Of a stretch of DNA of 64,000 nt, positions 12,401 to 27,400 are shown one piece after another. Origin of the DNA: Antedon mediterranea. Its lineage: Eukaryota; Animalia; Echinodermata. Numbering within the stretch: position 1 is the stretch's first letter; the number at the start of each line of letters is the position of its first letter. Made by a program: the position numbers and the translations under genes. The notes under the pieces were generated by a model. That model searched no databases, was not told the DNA's origin, and was given only the letters and a program-made list of their open reading frames with translations. Location: NCBI RefSeq assembly GCF_964355755.1, contig NC_092674.1:16864001-16928000 (forward strand), written 5' to 3'.

Positions 12401-15400
12401 CTAAGACCAAAGTCATAATGATCTTGCTTAGAAAGCTGTTGGACAGCTAATGAGTAAAGAGTATGCACTTTCTTTGCAAGAACCTGTAAAAAAGTAAAAC
12501 AATTACAGGTACAAATACACGTTTAACTTTAAAAATCTTAAAAATGATAACAGGGTATCTTTAAAACGCTCTCTCTAAAACTGTTCATGTTTTGTAAAAA
12601 TAAAGCACATATTACTTTAAAACATTAAATCACGTCAATCTATGTCTTATGTACACTCTATGGCAATGATCATAAGAGAAACATTGTATCAAATGTATTT
12701 CTCTACCAGACGAACCAAGGATAGTTTGTAGGCTCTACTCGTAGCCTGGTAACAGCGGTAACAAACAACCATCGTGCCCTAGCTATAGATAGGCCTAGCT
12801 TTACGCTATCTCATTGGTGAATTAATTGCCTTTTTTAGAAGGATCCGTTAATCAGGAAAGATGCGGTATGCCTGCTGAAAAGTTCAAATTTTTATCTTCA
12901 CGATCAATTCTATCACATCAAACGTGGGTGCATCACAGAAGCAAGACCAAAATATCGATCTGTGCATGATGCATGCGGGTACTTATAGAGGGCAGCTTAA
13001 ATTATTTGTTTCAAATTTCTCATTTTTAACCGATTAAAGCAAAAAAAAATTGATTGATTGAAATTGAATTTGAAATAGACCCATATATGATTTATTTTTA
13101 CAAAAATGTAGCTTGTGACCTTAAAATAGACTGAACAAATTTAGAGAAAGTGCCATGATTTGAAGATTTTTTTTCTGATGATTTAAACAATACAGCATTA
13201 AAGTCAAACACACTTGATATTTTAAAAACTAAAATAAAGTATTTACCTCCGGTACCTGTAGAAATATATAAATTCTTGATAGTACTATATCTAAATCCAA
13301 TTGTGGAACATTCCACTTTAAGTAGAAGATACTTAAATGTGAAAACATTTTCACTTGATTTAGTAATGAGATAGCTGACAGCTTGTGATTTAGTAATGAG
13401 ATAGCTGACAGCTTGTGATTTAGTAATGAGATAGCTGACAGCTTGTGATTTAGTAATGAGATAGCTGACAGCTTGTGATTTAGTAATGAGATAGCTGACA
13501 GCTTGTGATTTAGTAATGAGATAGCTGACAGCTTGTGATTTAGTAATGAGATAGCTGACAGCTTGACGAAACTGTCTTCACCACCAAGTAATGGTTTACA
13601 ATTCATGAACTCTATCTCATTAGAAGATACTTGACTTGATATGATTTAGAAAATAAAACAAAATTATGCTATCTTTTAAATAAGTCATGAAATAGCACTA
13701 TTTTAATGAAGAAATGTTTTAAAATTTTACCTAAAAATAAGTGTGACTTTAACACCCAAATATAAGGCAAATAGTAAATAAAAATATTATAGTTGAATAA
13801 AGTGTAACGTAACATAAAATTCATACTCTTGTGTTACTGAAGCCTTCACCAAACAGGATAATCTCAGCAATGTATGCAGAGTCGGGGACAACCATAGAAA
13901 TTGGTCTGAACATCGATTTTAAGTTATCTGGCAGCTCAGAACGTCCAGCATAACCTACAAAAACCAAATTATTATTTGAACAAATGTGTTTTCAAAAAAT
14001 CTCTTATCATCCTTAGATTATTGCATAGAGATATTATAGTGAACTATAATATCTCTATGATTATTGTTATCCTATAAATTAAAATAAACAGGTCAAAATT
14101 GGTACATGCAAACATAATATTTCAGCATAAAAAAATTGTTTGGATATCATTTAGTACATACTTGTAAAATAAAAACAAATACAATCTAAATGACTGAGCC
14201 CAGCATCACTGCAATGACGACACATTATTTGACTTGATTTACTGTATTTCTAAACAACACAGGAAGCATATACCCCTTAAATTTACCCCTCCCAGGCATG
14301 TTGATTTCACCCCATCTCATACTGTACATGGAAAAAACAAAGTACCACATAGTAATGTCAATATTAATATCATAATATAACATTTTCTCATTTAATCAAT
14401 CTATGCAATAATGTTAAAATGTACAAACCCCATGACCTTTCCAATCAGAGATTAATTTGTTTGTGTAAAAAAAATGTTTGGTGGGTGATAAATCGGGTGG
14501 AGAAGTGGTAATTTATTGGGGTTTGAAATGAAGTTTCTAAATGTTTACAATTTTGTCATATACTGACATACTACTAATTACTACTAATAACTATAGTAAT
14601 GTTGGTGTGTACTAATAACTATAGTAATTTTGGTGTGAGATGGGGTAAATTAACAGGCTAGGAAGGGTAACTTTAAGACAGGCTGAAATGACCTCTCCAA
14701 CTTTTTTTGTTTATTAAGTGACATACTAAATGTTTGTGCCAAATTTGCTCCATTGGTGAGGTGGGGTGAAATTAACAAGATTGAGATTGTTTTCAGTAGT
14801 ACAGTATAGAACACAATGGGTTCAAATCTTCTGAGTGGAACAGGATCAAATCATCAATTATGTGCTCCCAGAATATATTTGAAAAAATTAAACAAATTAC
14901 TCATTTACTATAACATTCATTGTATTGTAAAAAACACTCATGTATACCTGGGTTCATAGTAATAAAAATTCCACATGACCAAACAAGGTTAATTTCTCTT
15001 CCTTCAAATACAAAGCGGCTTGAGCCTGCAGCTAGGGCTGATAGTATAGAAAGGATTTGTTGCGCTACCACAGACAGAACTTCAATATTGATACGATTAA
15101 ATTCATCAAAGCAGCCCCATGCACCAGTCTGTACATAATGACATTTTTAAACGTTAAAAGAATCATTTACAATAAAGATACACTGTACTGTAAGAAAACT
15201 GTTATTGTAAAAAATAAGTTGGAATATTGCACAAAAAAAAGAAAGAAAGAAAAAGATTATGGCATTATGACCCGAACTGAAGAATATGATATGTTGTTAG
15301 TTGCTGAATTCTGTCTATTTTGTGTCATATACTATAGACAGTATAATCTGTATACATACATACAGTGTAGAATAGGTGAAATTACGGGAACCGCTATTTA

Positions 15401-18400
15401 TTCAAATTTTTAACATGGTGACGGTATCAAAATTATCTGCAACTTTGTTGCAGATAACCAATTAATGTAGACTTATTGATGGAAAATCGTCTCTTAATTT
15501 ACAAGACCTAGGGCTAAGTGAATATTTTATTACCAAGGAATCATTAATTAGTAATTACCTGTATATTATTCTTCGCAAGGTATAGGTGCTTACTAGTCAG
15601 GCTTATTTACATAAAAGGAGGCCTAGCTACCCGACCCACCAGATATTCTACTTGTTGTTGGCTATATAATATAACATTAACAAATATAGCCTTTTATATC
15701 GGTAAAATATAAGATTTGACATCCCTCGGGAATGATATTTTGCTCTCAAGAAATATATTTCCCTCAGCTGGTTTTTTGGGAAATATATATTCCTTCGAGC
15801 AAAATATCATTCCCTCGAGGATGTCAAATCTTATATTTTACCTCTAAGCAGGCAATATCTGTATAATAATTATTGATGCAGGGGTGTGTCAAATAACATA
15901 GATGGTACGTCACATTAATAAACAATAGTGTGTCAATGTCCGTCACTTTACCACAAACCATAAAAACAACATGGTCACCTAAAGGTATATGGTATGACGC
16001 ACATTGGACAAATGTCGCACCTCTCCCGGGGGTCCTATAGTGGGACATACAATTGACAAGTGCATTACTCTGTTCCTTAAGGGTCAATTTTAGGACTATA
16101 GCTATTTTCAATGTATGCTTCCTATCTATGTATTAATTTCAACTTTGTCATCATACATATATGCTGATTTGTTTCTTTTAAGCCCATGGTCACAGATGTT
16201 GAAGTAGCACTTTCTGATTGCATTTCTGAGTTGAAGATCTAGATGTCAACAAACTTCTTGAATATAATACCTTGTTATAATTTGTTAATTTTGAACTTTG
16301 ACCCCTTATATCTAAAAAACGCTTCCTATCTTGATTACCTTCCAGATTCGTAATCTACGGAAAATTCTGGTCTAGAAAAATTAGGTGGTGGTGATACTCC
16401 TTCTGCCACCGGACTTGCTACTGGGCCTTCTGGGAGAACAGACCTTGACTGAATAGGTCCCCCCATACAAAGAAGAAATAAATAAATTTAAAAAATACCT
16501 GTGCAAGACCACTGAACATTCTACCCATTGACTTGAAATCCAGACCTTCTGAACAGTTGATAACAATAACATAATTACCAAGAGCTTTGCCTAAATCTTT
16601 AGTGGTTTCAGTTTTACCAGTACCAGCTGGTCCCTTTGGTGAACCACCACGATGCAAGTGAAGAGCAGTGGTCAAAGTCATGTAACAACTGGCAACAATT
16701 AAAAAAATATATAGATATATTTATAAAAACATGGTATTTGAGAAAAGGGCTTAAAACTACATTTTTATTCGAAATCAAGATTGTTGTCTTATTTGACTCT
16801 TGAGGGATTACTCTATCACTTGAATTGACCATTTAAATATGTCTATAAATATGAAATTTATTATAATAAATGGGGCTATCTACAAACAACCATAGAAATT
16901 GCGGTGTAATGAACGCAATTGAAAATTGCTCATGCATGGGCATTTTTATTTTTAACACCGATTTTTTTCAACTGGTTGGCTGGCTTAGTGGTGTGGTACT
17001 GCAGCCAGGGATCTTGAGGTTTTGTAGGTTTAATTCAAGTTTAATGTTTTCAATTTTTTTTTTAACTCACTATTGTCTTTTACAAACCATAGTCTTTACC
17101 CATCAGTCTTACCCACCATTGCTTTGTATGCCTTGAGGTATGTTTTTCTAGGCTTACTCATAATTTTTTTAGTCAAAGAGGTTAGACGACACATTCAGTT
17201 TACTCCAAACAAAACAAAGCTGTCAAAATCTAATAAAAAAATAAGAAACTAACCGATCGGTAAGAGGGGTAATAACTAGCCTTCCAGAATTTCCAAGGTA
17301 CTCATAGCCATACTGAAATTGAGTATTAGTCTGTCTTACAACACAGTCATCAATCTCCTTATCCCAGTAAACACGTAGTTGACTAAGCCACTCAAATGCT
17401 GTTACATCATTTACATTTGATTTTATCAACTTTTCAATCACATCTCTTGCATGAACTTCTATTGTTACCAGGGACACCACCTTTGCACGTAGCATTTTAC
17501 TTAGTGAGCCTCGAATCATTTCAGAGTACTTGTTTAGTACTGAAACTTGCTTTTTCTTCATATTTTTGAGGAATTTCTTTTCACCTCTTTCTTTGGTCAT
17601 TGCTAATGCTTTTGTACAATCTGCTGTCCACTGCATCTGGCTTGATGTGATGGTCATCTGAAACAACAATTTAATTAAATACGTTTAAACATGATACTTT
17701 ATCAATCAGCAAATGTCATGTTAAATAAACAAGTAAATCATTTTGGTCACTGGTTTAAATGATGTATTATATAGTTGGATAAAAAAAAACAGAATAGAAG
17801 ACAATATTTTGCAAACACCCTTTTATGTGTGGACTATACATGAAAATATATTAAATGAATTACTATTAGTAAGAACAGGCAAATCATTAAATATCCATTG
17901 TCATATTTAGGTTCTGATCACGTACTTGTATGATATTTAACTATACAATGTCTATACCCTGGAGGATCTTTTATTAGGCAATTTAGCCTGTCCTATACAA
18001 AATAATCATCAAAGTTGCTGAACAACAGTCAGTTTTATGAATACAGGAAATTGTGATTTGTAAATAAATGCTACAGAGAATGTATCCATGTTACCTGTCC
18101 AGGCCATTCTTTGATCCATTTATCTCTCTTTGAGTTCTTCTTTGACGCTAAGTTTTTAAGGGAGATCTTACACTGTTTAAGAATATCTTTTAGTGTCCAC
18201 CTCATTGTCCTCTCAATATCACAAAGCCATGCCTACACAACAACAACAATATGTAAAAAAGTTTAATAATAGTAAAGCCAAAATACCGCTAATATCAATT
18301 AATAATGATAGACATGAGAAAAAAAAAATAAACAATTTATTAGGCAACAGAAAAGTAGAAAAAAAATTGTATTCAGTGGCTGTTAAAAACATTGCAGGAT

Positions 18401-21400
18401 TCGTCTTCACCAAATACAAAAGTAAAATTGGGTCCAGAGAAAACAAGAACACAACATACAACACATGCACAACAAACAATAAATTACTAAAATGAGGGTG
18501 TCCAATTTTGGCAAGACCCAATTGCATAGTCAGGTGGCTTAAAGCACCAAATTTGGCATGAGGCTTCTTTTATACCTACTAATTGATTTTTGCCAAAGAG
18601 CCACCCGATCATCTTCTGATTTTCCAAGATGGCAGTAAAAGTTAAAAATAGACAAATAATGTACTGAATCAAGAATTTCTGAGGTCAGTAAACCGATTCA
18701 GGAAATATTATATAATGTGAGTTCAAAGATGGCGGCCAAAAATAAAAATGGTGGTGAAATACATATAATCCTATACAAAGTCACAAATAATCCATTCCTT
18801 CTGTATTTTTGTCTGCAAATCAGACAGATAATGCAAGAATTGCATTTTAAGAATTGTTTAACTACAAAAACCAATGTTGTCAAATTTCTAAAGTTTTTCT
18901 TTGACCTCGAATCACAAATTATTTCTTTGGTCTTATCCGCATTTAATTGGAAGATGTATATTAATATTCGGTCTAATGGAAATATTTGTCAAAAATTGGC
19001 AGGAAAGATTATTTTTGGTATTATTGACCTTTAACCTACATGTCGTATAACTCCGTAACTAACAGTTGGATAAAATTTAAATAGGTCTCAAATTAATCAG
19101 AAGATGTATGTTTCTATTTAGTCTAATACAAACTTTTCCAAAAAATGACCCAGATTCTTTTTTATTGACCTTTGACCTGTACTGGTACACATTTCTATAT
19201 CTATATATAAATTTACGTAAGGGCAAAATTCGGTAAATCGCGCGTTATTTCTAGAATGTTTACTCGATGGTATATAAAGTTGGTTCATACTTTCGGTACT
19301 GATTTTAACCACCTGATATAACCCTGTTTACTAATTAAATTGAGTTAGATAATTAGTTATTGACAATTAAAACGAATTTAGGTTCAACGATTTGCCCCAA
19401 ATAGGGGTGTTTTCCAATCGTGGTATACACTGTCTAATGCATGTCCATCTTGAAAAATACCCGTATACAATAATACGAGGATGATTCGCATTTTCCTATC
19501 TCCTCCTACGATAATTGTTTTTAATGGCTGAAAACGGGTTGAACAGCTCGAGTACAGTATTGTAACACACGAGAGAATATAAATCTATTAACTTGTGATC
19601 GGTTATAATAGTAAAGGGGACATCTCGTAGATAATGGCGGAAATGACGGACACTCCACACAATTGCGTATAGTTCTCGGTCGTATGTCGCCCAGCGTCTC
19701 TCAGATTGTGTTAAAGTGTGGCTGGCATAAGCGACAACTCATTCTAAACCATCTTGCAATTGTGTTAAAACAGATCCAATAGCAAAATCTGAGGCATCAG
19801 TAAAAAAATAAAAGGTTTTGAAAAATCTGTATATGCAACAATTGGGGGGTTTAGTAAATCTTGTTTAAGTGCATTAAATGCAGTGGTGCAGTCGGCGGTC
19901 CACCGGAAGGGGACGTTTTTCTTCGTTAATTCCTGTACAGGACTAATAATATTAGCAAAGTCTTTAATAAAACGTCGGTAATACGAACAAAGGCCAATGA
20001 ATCCACGAACTTGTTTAACATTTCTGGGAACAGGCCAATCTCTAACTTTCTCCAAATTGGATGGGTCAGGTTCGATACCATTTTGGGAGATAACATGTCC
20101 TAAGTATGTGACTTTTTCCTGAAAGAATTTGCATTTGTCGGGCCGAAGTTTTAAACCAGCCTGCTTAAGGCGAGAGAACACTTCCTTAATATTTGAAAGT
20201 TTCTCCTCACAGGTTTTACCAAAAATAATTAAATCGTCCAAATATACCATAACTGTTTTCCATAGAAGACCTTTAAGTACATTTTGCATTAATCTTTGGA
20301 ATGTGGATGGTGCATTAGTCAAACCCATTGGCATAACATTAAAATGGTATAAGGCATCGCCTGTTGTAAAGGCAGTTTTGTGTTTGCTAGCTGGGTCCAT
20401 AGCAACTTGCCAATACCCGGATGATAAATCAAGGGTAGTAAAGTATTTATTTCCAGCTAGGGCATCTAACATATCCTCAATACGAGTTAATGGATGAGAA
20501 TCATGGAAAGTATTTTGGTTCAACTTCCAATAATCAACGCAGAAACGGTATGATTTGTCTTTCTTTTTAACCATGACTACAGGTGAACTCCAAGGACTAT
20601 TACTGGGTTCAATAACACCTTTATGTAATAATTCATCAATTTGGTTATTAATTTCATCTCTCATTTTTGGGGATGTTCGATATGCCCTTTGGCGAATTGG
20701 GTTAGGATGTTGGGTATCAATAAAATGCTGAATAATATCTGTGCGACCATAATCAGATTTGTCTTTACTGAAAATAGAGTCAAATTTTTCAATTAAATCA
20801 TTAACACTGTCAGATTGCTGTTGAGATAAAGCATTAGGCAGGGTGATACTAAATTTCTTATCCTTTTGCTCTTATTCGAATTATAAATTCCACAATATAC
20901 CAACAGGTGAACAGTTAATAGATTTATATTCTCTCGTGTGTTACAGTATCATAATGTTGAAGACAGGCCGATTTTCTTTAAAAAATACTATTTTGATAGA
21001 TTTAATATACGTTTATACAAATGTATTAATTTGAGATGAATGGAACATTCCAATCTTTGTTCCACAAGTGTCTATTCCCTCAGGCGTCGTAAAGGCAAGT
21101 ACTGTATACTCAAAACAGAAATTCGATCCATTTGTTTTTCAATCTGTGCTGCAGAGGTTGGATATAGATTTTTTATAAACGGATAATGAGCTAGCGTTTT
21201 CAGTCGCCGTATATTTATGTACAAATATTTATTATTGCAGTTAAACCACCCACTTAAGTATGAATTGGCTCTAAGAAACAATTGAAAACCATTAGGCCTA
21301 CTAATTAAGTTGAGTTAGATAATTTAATATATATTGACGATTAAATCGAATTTATGATTTGCCCCGAATAGGTGGTTTTCACAAATTGTTTTACATTATA

Positions 21401-24400
21401 TAAACATATACACGTCGTAGTGATGTATTGTTACATGTACTGTACTATTTCAATCGACTAGGACGGTGATAGTTTCAACAAAGTATTACATCGCAATGTT
21501 TTACTGTGTTTAGTGGTATATTATTTGTAAAACATGAAAACAATTAATATTTCGTTACTAAATGGATAAAGAATATATTTAAAAATTGTTCCTCTTTGCA
21601 CCCATTCTCTTCCCCATCCCTCAACCCTAATGTTACATATAAAACACAAATTAAGTTTGTTTAAATCTGACTTAAACAATTGGTCTCATTTTGTGACAAG
21701 TTTCTCTTTCGGAAGTAATTCCCAGGGTGCTAATTTTAGTTGAGTACATAAATCACAGTGTCTATTTATTCGTTTCTGTAAACAACATGTATTATTGTCC
21801 TGCGGTACGTACATTTGAAATCGCCAGTTTTTTAACGCTGAAATTATTATGTATTCGAGAACCATCTGTGGGCACGACCATGGAGTAAAGAATAAGAGGA
21901 GGCACAACACGGCCTAGCTATCCAGTTAATCCAATTAGTATCACGCTGTGTGGTAGTGCTTAAGCATAGGGTAATAAACTTCCCATAACGATCCTTTGGA
22001 GAACATCCTGTTTACCCGTGCAGCTCGCTGCAGAGTCGGCTCTGATTACGTAACACCCTAATTAAGGAAGAAGCCAGGCATGACATCAGTGACAAGAAAA
22101 GTAAACAACAGAGGCTGCGCAGTAGTTTCTAATACATCATAGTGAAGCATGACCTTTGTGCAGTTGTTCATTGTTCTTTGAGCTTTTTTCTGGAAAAAAA
22201 CGTAGTTTTTATACCAGCTAACAAATTAATCATATTTTTATCAAGCCATAGACGTATCATTTGGTAAATCGAAATTTTACCGTTTAAGCAACTTTTTAAT
22301 TTACGAACCCTAGTGCATTTTGTAGCATATTAAAGACTCCAACTTATTTTAAAATCATATTTAAGTGCGCGCAAATGCGTGCATGAAAAAAATTATATAA
22401 TTTGTTCTCATGAATATTCAAAAATATACGTATATTAGAATTCCAACGACACAATTTCTTACTTTTATTACTGTATATGACATTTAATTTATGTTTCAGT
22501 CTATATTATGACCATTTAGCAAAACTAAAATTCTTCTATTTTAGTCTGATATTGTATAATTAAATTATTTATGATATTAATATCATAAAATATATGATTT
22601 TTACGATCACATACTTAGAGTTCAGTGAAATTGTAGGACTAACTTATATATCGTTTAACGATTTGTGGCAGGCTACACATAGGCCTACTACATAGTAGGC
22701 CTCAGTTCGTAATATATTATTATAATAAATAGCCTAAATAAGGATAATATTTAATCCCATAATGATGGACATATTTAGTGCATACCGTAACCGGTAGGCC
22801 TAATAGGTTCAGGCATAGGCGCGCCTATAGTAATAATAAACAATATCAATAATTAAATAGCAATAGGTAAAAAATTAGTGGTCATAAAAGTTTTTTTATG
22901 AGAACTTGTTGGAAAAATATATATTTATATGTTTTATAATAAAAAAGTTTCTATAAAAATGTAAAAGAAACCTATTAATTTATGATTAATTAAATTAACA
23001 AAATTTGTAATTTGTTAACACCCAACAGTATTTGTTATGTACAGCATTAAAATGTGTTATATCTGCTGATTTTAGGCACTTAACGTAACATTATCAGAAC
23101 TCATGACAAAAACTTAACTAGTTACAGGTAAAAGAGTGTACTTTTACTTATGTGAACATTGCCCTCAATCTTTATTTTCCCAAATATGTTTCAATGACCA
23201 TGAATACATAATGTTTTGCTATTTCATTTGCCTATATTGGACTTCTGCAACCAATGAAATATCAGGCCTTGTCTTTTAAGGCGAGTGAGTGTGATACTCA
23301 CCTAACACACTCCTAAACCTAATTTGAGACCTACTTAAAGTTTGTCAAACTGTTACCGAGTTATATGACATGTATGTCAAAGGTAAAAAATACCAAAAAT
23401 CATACTTCCGGCCATTTTTTGACAAAAGTTTTCCATTAGGACGAATATTAATTTGCATCTTCCAAATACTTGGCACTAAAATTAAATTAAAATTTAATGT
23501 AAGTGTTGCGGAGATATGGCCATTTTGATTTCAATTGGATTAAAATATTCAAATTGAGGTCAGAGGTCAAAGTCAAAGAAATTTTGATGGGTTTCCTGAT
23601 TTGCAGACGAAAATACATAAGGAATGGACTATTTGTGACTTTTTATACGATTATATGTATTTCAATTTCAATGGCTACTACATGACATGTACAAGTTCCT
23701 TAGATTTTTTATTATTTCATTTAACCTGTCAAAATTATAATGAGGTATCATTTTAACACAAACACAGCAGGGTTCTTGTAACACCAATCTGCTTCATTGG
23801 GACTGCTATATACTTTACAGTAGTACAGTTTCTAGGTGGCCTTGTACCACTGGACATTAGTAATTAAGGGGTCATAAATCATCAGAATTGGTGATTAAGA
23901 GCTTTTATTACACCCAAGTGAGGCTCTCCTCATCAGGGCATGACTGGAAATTTATCTAAGGCCCTGTTCAGACCAATGGCGTTAGACCGTTAAATAAATA
24001 CAATCTCCATCAGCAGGCCTGCTTTATTTTGTAACAACACAAGAGCCTGGGGGAGATGGCCGCCATTTTGGAACTCGATTATATATTATTTCCTGTTTCG
24101 GTTTTACTGACCTCAGAAATTCTTGATTCAGTACATTATTTGTAACTTTTACAGGCAGAGATATATGATAATCCAATCTACTGGCAGCCATTTTGGATTT
24201 TGGCTGCCATCTTGGAAAATCGGAAGCTGATTTTGTGGCTCCTGGACAAAAATAAACTTTTAATAGCATATCAGTAGCAACCACAACTGCTTCCCGAGCT
24301 ATAGCCAAAATAGCAGCTATAGCAGTAACACTTAACCCTTAGACTTGATAGCATAATACAGTAACAGTCCCACTGTCTGTTGACCAATAATGGCACAACT

Positions 24401-27400
24401 AGCATTAACTAGCATGGTCATAGCACCAAAATAGCTAAAAATGTCTTAACACACAAAAAAAGCAGATACAAACCCAAAACAGTCAATTCTGCACTTTACT
24501 AAAGAGATGTTGGTACTAACCTCAACTGGACCATCTAAGAGCACTGGATGGCCAAATTCCACATATTCACCGTCTCCAGAATACATTCCTTGAGCTTCAA
24601 ACTTCTGAGTGATTCCCATTTTATGCATCTTGAGACGACTAATATTGTCAAAGCACTTTTTTAGATGTGGTTGAACCTAGTAGACAAATTTTCAAGATTC
24701 GGTATTAGAACGTCATTTAACCAGTTATTACTGTGCAACTTTTAGCTGCAACGCAAAATAACGGAAAACCACTGACCTTTAGACCTAGAGTGATTTAAAA
24801 AAATAAGAAAAGGGAACCTAAAGTATTGCACAAATTGAAATTTGACAGACCTGTCCCATTTAATATTTAACAAAACTAGTAATATGAAAACAATTCATAT
24901 TTTATCAATACTGTGATTAAGCAGTATTTGTACAAGTTCGAATAAAGTCGGCTCTAAAAAATGTCTGCTCAGCGTAAAGTCGGCCTAGTGTCAACGGCAA
25001 CACAACCACAAACTAATCTTGCAACGCGGCCTACAAAGTGCAAACTACTTTCTACTTAGGTAGTGCAATGTTTTTCTCATTTTATCGTAATTAACCATAA
25101 AACAAGCGATGACCTGGTTTAATGTTTTTAAATGTCAAAACGTCAACAATTGTAGGTAAAATGTCCTTAAATGACGTGCACTGTGCCCTATCAATTCTTC
25201 TATCAAAATATAGAAAAGTACACATTATGGTCTCATAATTTGACTTTGACCCTAACCCACATCTGCTCTCACTTGAGCAGCTGATACCTTCAACGACGCT
25301 CTGACCGATGAGGTAGTTGACCTGTGCTTACTGGTTATCTTCCTTGACTTCCCGGCCGACGCACATGTTTTTTTTTAAAGTATAGTAGTTGAGCTACTTA
25401 TTCAGTGAGACTAGATCTCTTATTCGTCATGCTATTTTGCTTTTTCTTTTTAATTTTGCTTTGGATGCACCGTTAGGTATTGTCTAACGTGTGCCACTGT
25501 TACACAAGTGATTCCATTAAATTGTATTGTATATTGACATAACCTCGACTAAATCGAGACGGATTTTGATAAATTTTTTTATTCCTCATGGGGGCAGGCT
25601 AAATGGTCAACTAAATGGTATTTAAACGAGGTTTACAAAAATGTAACAGTCATTGAGTTGTTATATTGGCCAGATATTGAAGAATGAAATATCTATTTTT
25701 ATATTAGCTTAATTAAATATACATTGGCATATTATGTTATAATAATGAAAATCATCTTTATTTACAACCGTATACAAATTACATTATTTTCTTCACGCAA
25801 GTCCGACTTGAACTATGTCACGCCACAGCAACAATGAGAGATGCAGAAATTCACCACGCGATGGAATGTTTAGGGGGCCTAGCGCTTTCTTGTCACGCTA
25901 TAAAGTGTGTGTGGTTCGTCGCGATCATACTTTGTTGGAGGCCTAGAAAATATGAAAGTTACCGTACCGCCATGGTTCCTAAATATATTTTGAAGATATT
26001 GTTTGTTGTTAATCAAAAGTACTTCACTGTTAAATTAATACTGATCTTGTTCTAATAATTAACGATTAAAATTATTTTTCATGTATATAGTCCTGATGCG
26101 TAAAAAGTTTTGTAAGAAAATGGAACTTTAGTGATATCAATGCGCAAAATTTCGTCTGCTCCTCAAATACTCTGTTGTCATTGGCAAATTTATAGCCTTT
26201 CTTACCCAGACGTGTGCAACTCGACTAAAAGCTCAACTTCATTAAGTCGAACTGCAAACTTCGATTACTTCGTTTATGAATCGAATTTGAAGTAATAGCT
26301 CGTACTACGACTTTTTCAAGTCGAACTCCGAACTCCGGTTTAAGAATACAGGCGTTAGCTCTAAAGCATTTCGCTAGTGAGTTTTTAAAACAATATTAAT
26401 GAAAACACTAGATTTGAACTCGTCACTACGGACGAGTTAGGTTATCCGCAGCGCAAACGCCACGTGCACGTCATACGTTGGAATATTGCGCGCAGAAAAA
26501 CGATTATGCCATTGAAAAAATGTTAGTGCGCTCTCTATTTTGCGTCACGTCAAAGTATATACGGTATAGGCTTACACTGTATTCTGTATACGTACTACAT
26601 ACAGTGCAGAATAGGTGAAAATAAGGGACCCAAGTTATTGACGCTTTTGGACATGATGACGTCATCACAATTTAAAAAATGGTAGATTGTGCGAAAGATA
26701 ATTGATTGGCCTAGACAATATAACAAAATGGGGGGAAATGGAATACGGATAAGTGGAGATGCGCTCTATTAAATGTGATGAGCTATGAGAAAGTGACAAA
26801 AATCCTATATTTTATATTCGAGTGGCCATACGATGACGTCACAATGTCCGGTTAGCCATATCGATGCATGATTCGATATCTACAACTCATCACCTTTCAG
26901 AATATGTAATTTTAAAAAAGTTCACCACGTAGTTTACAATCTATGACTGTTTTAAAAAAGGCATAATTTTCACGAATTTTTGAACTTTTTAATCAAAAAC
27001 GCGCGCAAATTGTTCAATTCTACGTGCTCGTATGACGTGATTTCAAGTCGAAATTGATTGAAAATTGGTAAATTTACTAGAAAAGGCTGAAAAAACTGAA
27101 AAAACAAAAATCAAGCAAAAAAAACATGTTTTTGCCTTGCGTGCGCACGCGCGCGTAAAAATATTGCGCACGCGTGGGAATTTTTGAAATGCTCAAAATG
27201 ACATGAAACGCGTAGAAAGTTGATTAGAAATGAATTTTGCGCATTCTGAAATTTTGAACGCGCGTGCGCGCGTAACTTTATGTAAAACATTCCATTTTTA
27301 ATCCATAGAAAGTTTGCGCATGATATAACTTAAATTTTCACCAAGTGTCAATAGAAAATGACTTTTGGTTTTTAATCTATGATCAATCATTGAAATTCAT

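Noticed and set aside
13229-13606. 125-aa ORF with repeated [10 protein letters not shown]
   Set aside because: By-product of the stop-free 30-bp minisatellite.
14920-15138. Plus-strand ORFs opposite exons (also 8759..9007, 20129..20497, 61993..62184)
   Set aside because: Antisense shadows of minus-strand coding sequence.
19765-20664. RT as a retron, DGR or domesticated host gene
   Set aside because: Motifs are typical Ty3/Gypsy, the adjoining RNase H has a frameshift and a stop, and no template/variable repeat or msr-msd is seen.
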